A stretch of DNA of 64,000 nt. It comes from Bacillales bacterium UBA6356. GTDB lineage: Bacteria > Bacillota_I > Bacilli_A > RFN20 > CAG-826. The notes below the pieces were generated by a model. It did no database searches and was not told the DNA's origin. It saw only the letters and a program-made list of their open reading frames with translations. The stretch is taken from NCBI GenBank assembly GCA_002440125.1, contig DJRQ01000035.1, positions 2,900 through 66,899 on the forward strand. The letters are read 5' to 3'. The stretch's first letter is position 1. Each line of letters begins with the position of its first letter. Of this stretch, positions 47,556 to 53,894 are shown one piece after another. The position numbers and the translations under genes are program-made.

Positions 47556-48233
47556 TTAGGCCTTGACCAAAGTTGCTTCGCTTACAATGGAGACTTGTTG
47601 ATCTTTTACGGCTTCCTTTAAAGCAACGTATCCGGTTTCATTCTTCGGCTCTTTGCCGCTTTGGTAGTCGAAATAGAAGAAAGCACTTTCATCCTTATAA
47701 GATGTCGGAAGCTTAATAGAGGTCGCGTTTTCGCCCCAGGTATAGACATAACCAACGTAATTTTCGGAAGTAAACGACTTAGCGCTGGCGCTTCCGGTAG
47801 AGACGGCATATGTTTCGAAGGTGTAGCTATCCGCACCCTGAACCGAAATATATTCGCTCACCGCTTTCGGGACAAAGATATAGGTTTTGATGGAGGTCTT
47901 CACCTTCCCATCGACCTTATCGGAATTCGAACTGTTATAGGCAATCGTTCCTTTCCAACTCTCTCCTTCGCCTTCCATATAAATGCCGCCAGCCTCTAAG
48001 CCAGTTCCTAGACCATTTCCATTCGCAGTACGCCCTTCGGAAGTTTGATCCAAGATTATCTTCGAGGAAGCATCTTGTGTAAAAGTGCCGATTTTGACAA
48101 GCTGAGTCACGTTGATGCTCGCATTGCTTTCTTCTTGAGCTTTATCGCCGAAATACCAAACGGAGAAACCCGAACCAACAACGGCAATCGCAGCCGCCGC
48201 TGGAAGGGCAAATCCCACTAAAAATTTTTTCAT
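47556..48233 (-). CDS. SipW-cognate secreted protein (225 aa), TasA/camelysin-like candidate major fibre subunit
   Basis: N-terminus MKKFLVGFALPAAAAIAVVGSGFSVWYFGDKAQEE, compared with TasA ...ALVGGGTWAAFNDIKS. The mature part is Thr/Ser/Tyr/Val-rich and beta-type. First gene of the operon, directly after the AT-rich promoter region. Confidence 0.55.
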   Translation of the reverse strand: MKKFLVGFALPAAAAIAVVGSGFSVWYFGDKAQEESNASINVTQLVKIGTFTQDASSKIILDQTSEGRTANGNGLGTGLEAGGIYMEGEGESWKGTIAYNSSNSDKVDGKVKTSIKTYIFVPKAVSEYISVQGADSYTFETYAVSTGSASAKSFTSENYVGYVYTWGENATSIKLPTSYKDESAFFYFDYQSGKEPKNETGYVALKEAVKDQQVSIVSEATLVKA

Positions 48234-48965
48234 ATCCTTTTCCTCCTAATTCTTAGCGAGCAAAAATATAAGGTCTTTTTTTCGAATTTCAAGGAATATA
48301 CATTCGTCAATCTATTTCGTTTTCCTTCGAAATAAATAAAAGGAAACAGAAAATGTATGTGCTCTATAGAAAAATTTATTTTCTTGAAAATGTAACGATT
48401 TAATGCGTTCAAAACAAGATATTCAATGAAAATATTAATTTTTTCTTAAACGTTTAAGTTTTTATCATTTTAAGTCCGATATTTACTGAATTTTCTTCGT
48501 TCCTACCATTTTTAATTCTTCTTTGAAAGCGGTTTCATTTCCAAAATTCATCTACTTGAAGAATTCGAGTTCTTATGGGCTTTTTATTCATATTGTTATC
48601 ATTTATTGAATATCAGACAATAAAACATCTTAATTATCTTAACATTTTTCTTCAAAAAGCTTTTTAGGATGCGATTTTTCTTAAAAAACACTCGCAAAAA
48701 AAACAGCCCTCGATTTCTATATGTCAAAATACAATTGTTTCCTTATTTATTTAGATAAATAACTAATTTTGTATTTCACATTGTTGCTATAGTCGATGTG
48801 TCCGAATGGAACATATGTATTTTTTACCATTTTTTCTTGATGGCAAAAAGACAAAGTCTTCTATTTTTCAAATCAAGCAGATCGATGAAGAAAAGTCCGA
48901 ACTCTCTTCCCTCCTTCAGCTAGACCATCCAATTTAACTTTGGCGAATGGATAAAAAGTTTTAAT
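48234..48965. promoter_or_regulatory. ~730-bp strongly AT-rich non-coding region; divergent promoter/regulatory region for the SipW-cognate operon (-) and TetR gene (+)
   Basis: No credible ORF. The 60-aa track ORF at 48230-48412 is low-complexity. Many A/T tracts and TATAAT/TTGACA-like hexamers are present. GC is visibly far below the flanking genes. Confidence 0.45.
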
Positions 48966-48986
48966 ATGTATGCGGGAAGGGAATAT

Positions 48987-49568
48987 ATGGCTTATAGAAA
49001 ACTTTCGAACATTCGGGAATCCATTCTCGAGAAAGTCACCGAACTCGGGGCGAAGGAAGGCATTTCGTCGATTACCGCCCGAAAAGTCGCTTCTTTAGCG
49101 GATATCAGCACCCATACCATCTACACCAATTTCCTCTCGATGGACGATCTTATCAATGAAGCGGCCCTCCGTTACGAAAAGAAGGAGCTCAATGTCCTAA
49201 TTTCTTGCTTGAAAGAAAACATTTCGAAGGAAGAGGCCTTTTTAAAGACGCTTCAATCCCTTATGGAAGAGAAAAATGGCACTCTCTTTTATAGCGACTA
49301 TCGCTCGAGCAAGCTTCGGGAGTATTACGACCGTCAAAAGGCGAAAACTCAGAAATATATCGAATATTCCAAAATGCTTTTCGGAGATTACAAATCGGTA
49401 AGCGACAAGATTTATCTTTTCCTATGGAATCATGCGATTATGTGCTTATTCGTCTATTCAAGCGCCCTCATAAAAGGGAAGATCAACGATACTTTGGAGG
49501 CACGAAAAACCATTATCGAGATCATCTTTAATGGCACGACACACATTCTTCCGAAGAAAAAGCGATAG
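48987..49568 (+). CDS. TetR/AcrR-family transcriptional regulator
   Basis: N-terminal HTH ILEKVTELGAKEGISSITARKVASLADISTHTIYTNF. The start is trimmed to ATG 48987, which has a GGGAAGGG RBS. Confidence 0.8.
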   Translation: MAYRKLSNIRESILEKVTELGAKEGISSITARKVASLADISTHTIYTNFLSMDDLINEAALRYEKKELNVLISCLKENISKEEAFLKTLQSLMEEKNGTLFYSDYRSSKLREYYDRQKAKTQKYIEYSKMLFGDYKSVSDKIYLFLWNHAIMCLFVYSSALIKGKINDTLEARKTIIEIIFNGTTHILPKKKR

Positions 49569-49574
49569 TTTTCC

Positions 49575-49610
49575 CCAAAAAAGGCGAGAAAAAAACACGG
49601 ATTTCTCCGT
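49575..49610 (-). terminator. Rho-independent terminator after tRNA-Phe (stem cacgga/tccgtg + long T-run on minus strand); may also terminate TetR transcript
   Basis: Hairpin at 49595-49610. On the minus strand it is followed by TTTTTTTCTCGCCTTTTTTGGGG. Confidence 0.5.
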
Positions 49611-49622
49611 GCTCATTTCAGG

Positions 49623-49698
49623 TGGTGGCCCAGGGGGGAATCGAACCCCCGACACAAGGATTTTCAGTCCTTTGCTCTACCGACTGAGCTACCGGGCC
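49623..49698 (-). tRNA. tRNA-Phe (anticodon GAA), CCA encoded
   Basis: Manual fold: acceptor GGCCCGG/CTGGGCC, D-arm GCTCAGTCGGTAGAGC, anticodon stem-loop AAGGA-CUGAAAA-UCCUU, T-arm GGGGG-TTCGATT-CCCCC. Confidence 0.9.
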
Positions 49699-49701
49699 GC
49701 C

Positions 49702-49778
49702 TGGCGGATCATACGAGATTCGAACTCGTGATCTCCTCCGTGACAGGGAGGCATGTTGGACCGCTACACCAATGATCC
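49702..49778 (-). tRNA. tRNA-Asp (anticodon GUC), CCA encoded
   Basis: Manual fold: acceptor GGATCAT/ATGATCC, anticodon stem-loop CCTCC-CUGUCAC-GGAGG, T-arm ACGAG-TTCGAAT-CTCGT, discriminator G. It lies 3 nt upstream of tRNA-Phe. Confidence 0.9.
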
Positions 49779-49792
49779 ATCGCCGTGCCTAA

Positions 49793-49825
49793 GTATTATC
49801 CATAAGTGGAGAGGATAATGCAAGA
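49793..49825 (-). promoter_or_regulatory. Candidate promoter of the tRNA-Asp/Phe pair (TTGCAT-17nt-GATAAT on minus strand)
   Basis: Read on the reverse complement: -35 TTGCAT, a 17-nt spacer, and -10 GATAAT about 20 nt upstream of the tRNA-Asp 5' end. Confidence 0.35.
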
Positions 49826-49872
49826 GATATTTATAAGAATTTTAGCCGAATATCGGGCTTTTTGAAGAAGCT

Positions 49873-49906
49873 TTAAAGAAACAAAAAGCCCTCGCTAAAG
49901 AGGGCT
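49873..49906 (-). terminator. Rho-independent terminator after rubrerythrin (stem agccctc/gagggct)
   Basis: 7-bp stem with loop gctaa, followed on the minus strand by TTTTTGTTTCTTT. Confidence 0.5.
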
Positions 49907-49927
49907 AAGTCCTTAGTGAAAAAGAAA

Positions 49928-50467
49928 CTAATAATTCTTTGCGCGAAGTTCGAAAAAGGCTTTCGGATGTCCGCAAACCGGGCAAACCTCAGGAGCGAAT
50001 TTCCCCACCACGATGTGACCGCAATTGCGGCATTTCCAGACCGCCACGTCTTTGGAGACGAAGACCACGCCTTCTTTGACATTGGCAAGAAGTTTCTTGT
50101 AGCGTTCTTCATGCTCCTTCTCGATGGCACCAACCATCTTGAACTTATTGGCGATTTCGATAAAGCCTTCTTCGCGAGCGACTTTCTCGAATTCCTTATA
50201 CATATCGGTCCATTCGTAGTTCTCGCCAGCCGCCGCCGCCTCAAGATTCTCGGCGGTTGTTGGAACATCGCCGCCATTAAGGTATTTGAACCAAAGCTTG
50301 GCGTGTTCCTTTTCGTTATCGGCCGTCTCTAAGAAGATGGCGGCTATTTGCTCATACCCTTCTTTCTTGGCTTTCGAGGCGAAGAAAGTGTATTTATTGC
50401 GAGCTTGGCTTTCACCCGCGAAAGCGGTCATTAGATTTTTTTCGGTTTGAGATCCTTTGAATTCCAT
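49928..50467 (-). CDS. rbr: Rubrerythrin (ferritin-like diiron domain + C-terminal rubredoxin-like CxxC...CxxC)
   Basis: 179 aa. E..H diiron ligands across the four-helix bundle, and a C-terminal CRNCGH...CPVCGH. Confidence 0.9.
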   Translation of the reverse strand: MEFKGSQTEKNLMTAFAGESQARNKYTFFASKAKKEGYEQIAAIFLETADNEKEHAKLWFKYLNGGDVPTTAENLEAAAAGENYEWTDMYKEFEKVAREEGFIEIANKFKMVGAIEKEHEERYKKLLANVKEGVVFVSKDVAVWKCRNCGHIVVGKFAPEVCPVCGHPKAFFELRAKNY

Positions 50468-50527
50468 GTTTTGTTTCTCCTTATGCCTCCATTATAGTTC
50501 TTAAGTTTCACTTTGCGAGCGAAACGC

Positions 50528-51328
50528 TTAAGAGTCTTTTTTGCGCGGGAGATAGCGGATGGTTTCGTAATTGTCCAAAGAACTACTCACTTCCACCATA
50601 TAGGTATAAACTTGTTCCCTTAAAAGTTTCGTCCTTTCGCCTAGAGGCTTGCTCATATCCGGCTCGAAAACGCCACTCACATGCATTACGACGCGAGGAG
50701 AGAGAAAACGAAGGATCTTCCTTTTCTCGTAAGTCACGCATGTGGCAACAACTGGCCTTCCCAAAGAAGCTGGATAGGTGAAGGATTTTTCCGAAAAAGG
50801 GCGGATGCGCGTGCAATAAGGCCAAATATGGGCTTCTGGGAAAATAAGAATGGCATTGCCGTGCTTGATATGCGCCTCCACCGCGTCAAGGAAGGATTTC
50901 GTTTGCTCGCTATAGCTAGGCAAAGGAAGCGCTCCAATCATCGTTTCGATGGGGCGAAGGGCGGATTTGGAGACGGCTTCATTAGAGCAAAGCACGAATG
51001 TTCTCCTTGGTGGGATAAGCCAAACGGGCGCAAAGAAAGCATCCCCGATAGAAGTATGGTTTCCATAGACGAAGAAACCCTTCCTCCCCAATCTTGCCTT
51101 CCGGAATTTTCTTTTCCCCCGAATCTTAAAGCCATAGACGAGCTTGCCGACAACCCAAAAAACGGGGATAGCGATGATGTAATAGAGAATCCCGCTAAAA
51201 AGCCAATAGAACGGCGATTTGTGATAGAACTTGAAGTTTTTCGGAAGGGGCTTATGCTTAAAGCTCTTCGTGCCGGCGAAGTCGTCTTTCAAGGGGTCGT
51301 CATAATAGACAATCTTTTTTTCTTTCAT
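50528..51328 (-). CDS. Lysophospholipid/glycerolipid acyltransferase (PlsC/LPLAT family)
   Basis: N-terminal TM helix, the HxxxxD motif (NHTSIGD) and an EGTR-like block (FPEAHIW). Overlaps the GT4 gene by 4 nt. Confidence 0.6.
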   Translation of the reverse strand: MKEKKIVYYDDPLKDDFAGTKSFKHKPLPKNFKFYHKSPFYWLFSGILYYIIAIPVFWVVGKLVYGFKIRGKRKFRKARLGRKGFFVYGNHTSIGDAFFAPVWLIPPRRTFVLCSNEAVSKSALRPIETMIGALPLPSYSEQTKSFLDAVEAHIKHGNAILIFPEAHIWPYCTRIRPFSEKSFTYPASLGRPVVATCVTYEKRKILRFLSPRVVMHVSGVFEPDMSKPLGERTKLLREQVYTYMVEVSSSLDNYETIRYLPRKKDS

Positions 51329-52476
51329 GCTTTTTTGTCTTTTTTCAGTTTGGCCGTCTCATGAACCATTTCGACCATTTTCTCCATGCAGGTGTCGAAA
51401 TCGAATTGGCCAACGTAAGTTTTATAGAGCTCTTGGTTCTTTTTCCTTTCCAAAGGATGCTCTATCCAATAATCGATTCGACTGGCAAGATCCTTAAAGG
51501 AATCCTCTTTGAAAAGGTTCTTATCCGTCAAAGCGAAGGTCTTGGTGGCGCTAAGAGGCGAATCATTGATAAGCGGGGTAAGTCCCGAGGCGATGGCTTC
51601 AAGGCAAGAAATCGCTTCGATCTCCACGCGTGAGGCATGGACATATAAATCGGCCATCGATAGGAGTTCGATGAGCTCAGGATGCGAATAGAACTTAAAC
51701 AAAGGATGAAGACCGCGTTTTTTGGCTTCTTTTTGGAGTTCTTCCAAACGAGGGCCGCTGCCAGCTAAAACAAGTTGGATATCATCCTTGTGCTTCGAGC
51801 AAGCGACAGCCTTGATGAGAAGCTTCTGATTCTTCTCTTTGCTATAGCGGCCCGTCATCACGATGACGAATTTATTCTCCCATTCGGGAAGGCGCTTCAC
51901 GTCAAGCTTTTTGAAATCGCGGGAGACGCCGTTAGAGATAACAACGCCCGGCGTTTTTTTGCCAATGGCCTTCTCAAAGACCCCTTCGATAAAGGAAGTC
52001 GGATAGTGAATGGTGTCGACGTATTGATAGAAATGCTTCCACATCCATTTATAGACGCCGCGATTCACTCTTGTGCTTCGGATGAGATTAAAGAAATGGG
52101 CGGTGACGTTTTCTGCCTGGACATGGAATCCGGCACTTACCGGAATCCCCATTTCATGGGCCATTTTAACCGTTTTCAAGCCAGCTGGAAAAGGCATCAT
52201 GATATGGACTTCATCCGTGCCTTTAAGCGCTTCTATCAAGGTACTCGCTTTCGGCTTGGCCAAACCGACCCCATTATGGTCGACGATGGGTTGAAATATG
52301 CCAAAGTTGTAACGGGGGAGAACATAGAAAAAATCTTCGCCCTCTCGCTCCGCGTCAGGACAAACAACCCGAACTTCGTCGCCCGCTTTTTTTAAAGCCT
52401 CTATTAAATGAAGAGCCGCGATGGTCGTGCCATTGTTCGGTTTCCCCAAGACATCGCAAATTACAGTAACTATCAT
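51325..52476 (-). CDS. GT4-family glycosyltransferase, diacylglycerol glycosyltransferase (MGS)-like
   Basis: GT-B fold with the E-x7-E motif (RVEIEAISCLEAIASG). Its N-terminal half resembles 1,2-diacylglycerol 3-glucosyltransferases. Confidence 0.75.
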   Translation of the reverse strand: MIVTVICDVLGKPNNGTTIAALHLIEALKKAGDEVRVVCPDAEREGEDFFYVLPRYNFGIFQPIVDHNGVGLAKPKASTLIEALKGTDEVHIMMPFPAGLKTVKMAHEMGIPVSAGFHVQAENVTAHFFNLIRSTRVNRGVYKWMWKHFYQYVDTIHYPTSFIEGVFEKAIGKKTPGVVISNGVSRDFKKLDVKRLPEWENKFVIVMTGRYSKEKNQKLLIKAVACSKHKDDIQLVLAGSGPRLEELQKEAKKRGLHPLFKFYSHPELIELLSMADLYVHASRVEIEAISCLEAIASGLTPLINDSPLSATKTFALTDKNLFKEDSFKDLASRIDYWIEHPLERKKNQELYKTYVGQFDFDTCMEKMVEMVHETAKLKKDKKA

Positions 52477-52477
52477 G

Positions 52478-53113
52478 CTATTCTCCGTCTATATCTTTGA
52501 AAGTGATCTTCGCGCTCGCCAATCTCCCCGTAAGGAAACGTTCTTTTTTCCGTTCGGCGCTATCGAAGAAGATTTTATCGAAAGCCTCCCAAAAAAGCAC
52601 CCATTCGGCGGTGCTTAGCAGCTCCGTGGCAATAAGAAACAAAAAATTGAGACCCGGGTCTTTCGAACCAAGCTGGTTCGAAAAAGCGCTCACGATGGCA
52701 AAGGCCAGCAAAAACAAAATGCCAACCTGGGTCATAATGAAAACCGCTATATGGCTGCTTTTCTTCTTCGCTCCCAGCGAATCGAAGGAAAACAAATAGT
52801 GATTGCGGTAAAGGGAGGCGATCTCGATTTGACGCTCTTTTAAGGAATTTCCAAGCTCAAAATCAATAGACAATGGAGCATCGGGTGGGAATTCCGAAAC
52901 GACCCTTTCGATATAGTTAAAAACCTCTCCGTTAAGCTCTTGTTTGTTGCTATAGGCATCAAAGCAAGCGTCTTCCGAAGCCAAGAAGACCGTAACATGA
53001 AAAACCCCGTTCTCGTCCTTCTTAGAAAGGAGAGCCTTCTCTCTTTCCAAGGAAGCATCCAAGCGGATGGACTCGATCTTCTCCCCTAATGCTTTAAAAT
53101 CTTTTCTTCTCAT
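52478..53113 (-). CDS. Hypothetical membrane protein (two C-terminal TM helices), first gene of GT4/acyltransferase operon
   Basis: 211 aa. Soluble N-terminal half, then hydrophobic spans IAVFIMTQVGILFLLAFAIV and LNFLFLIATELL. No known motif. Confidence 0.45.
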   Translation of the reverse strand: MRRKDFKALGEKIESIRLDASLEREKALLSKKDENGVFHVTVFLASEDACFDAYSNKQELNGEVFNYIERVVSEFPPDAPLSIDFELGNSLKERQIEIASLYRNHYLFSFDSLGAKKKSSHIAVFIMTQVGILFLLAFAIVSAFSNQLGSKDPGLNFLFLIATELLSTAEWVLFWEAFDKIFFDSAERKKERFLTGRLASAKITFKDIDGE

Positions 53114-53659
53114 ATCCCAACTATTCTACAATAGCCGAAAAGGAAGAAAAAGAAAGACTTCTTTGGGCTTATTCTATCGATGGAAGCTACATCTTTCTTT
53201 CAAAAGACGCCAACTTCCCATAAGCTTTGCCTAACCTTCGAAACCGATTTCTCCATATTCGCGCAAAAATGATTCCAAGGGACTTTCTCTCTTGCTATAG
53301 AGCCAAAAACAAGAAGCTCCGATAAAGCGCATGGATGGAGCCTCGTTAAACAAAGTAGCCAGAATGAATAACGTTTTAAAAAAGAAGAAACGATAGGAAA
53401 TGCTAAAAGCCAGCCAAATGAGGGGACGTTTCTAAAATCCTTTCTTCGGAGCCAAATGAATCCGCCGAAAAAATCGAAAAAAGCAAAATCCTCTCTATCG
53501 CCATCAAGGATCTCGAAAAGCTTTGAGGAAAACACAAGGTATCGCTTGGGGAAGAAAGAAAGACTTTTTGTAAATAATGCCGATTCGAGAAAGAGGAAAC
53601 GTAGAGGTGCAAGACGCAAGAAAAAAGGGAAAAGACAAAACAAGAGCAAAAAAACTCCC

Positions 53660-53696
53660 CTCAAAAAGCAAAAAATAAAACCCTGGCGAACCAGGG
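53660..53696 (-). terminator. Rho-independent terminator downstream of initiator tRNA (stem ccctgg/ccaggg, loop cgaa)
   Basis: Perfect hairpin at 53681-53696. Followed on the minus strand by TTTTATTTTTTGCTTTTTGAGG. Confidence 0.55.
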
Positions 53697-53707
53697 CATA
53701 CTTCATT

Positions 53708-53782
53708 TGGTTGCGGGGAATGGACTTGAACCATCAGCCTTCAGGTTATGGGCCTGACGAGCTACCATTGCTCTACCCCGCG
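53708..53782 (-). tRNA. Initiator-type tRNA-Met (anticodon CAU) with C1-A72 mismatch and A11:U24; anticodon stem has A29:U41 and loop has C33
   Basis: Manual fold: 5' CGCGGGG ... CCCCGCA-A-CCA 3' (position 1 C opposite 72 A), D-stem GAGC/GCTC (A11:U24), anticodon stem UCAGG/CCUGA, loop CCCAUAA, T-arm GAUGG-UUCAAGU-CCAUU. Confidence 0.75.
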
Positions 53783-53794
53783 ACAAGCTTTGTT

Positions 53795-53822
53795 ATCATA
53801 GCATCGATTTTGGCTTTGACAA
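53795..53822 (-). promoter_or_regulatory. Strong sigma-70-like promoter for initiator tRNA (TTGTCA-16nt-TATGAT on minus strand)
   Basis: On the reverse complement: -35 TTGTCA, a 16-nt spacer, and -10 TATGAT about 12 nt upstream of the tRNA 5' end. Confidence 0.5.
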
Positions 53823-53894
53823 GGGGGTTAAGACGCTTTTTTGGCCTTTTCGGCGTCCCGAAAAAGAAAACAGGACGGCTAAAACGCGAAAAAA

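Noticed and set aside
48230-48412. 60-aa ORF inside the AT-rich leader of the SipW-cognate operon
   Set aside because: An Ile/Phe/Lys/Asn-rich translation typical of AT-rich non-coding DNA. It overlaps the last 4 nt of the upstream gene and has no RBS. Treated as non-coding. Smaller ORFs under 30 codons in the leader were also judged unconvincing.
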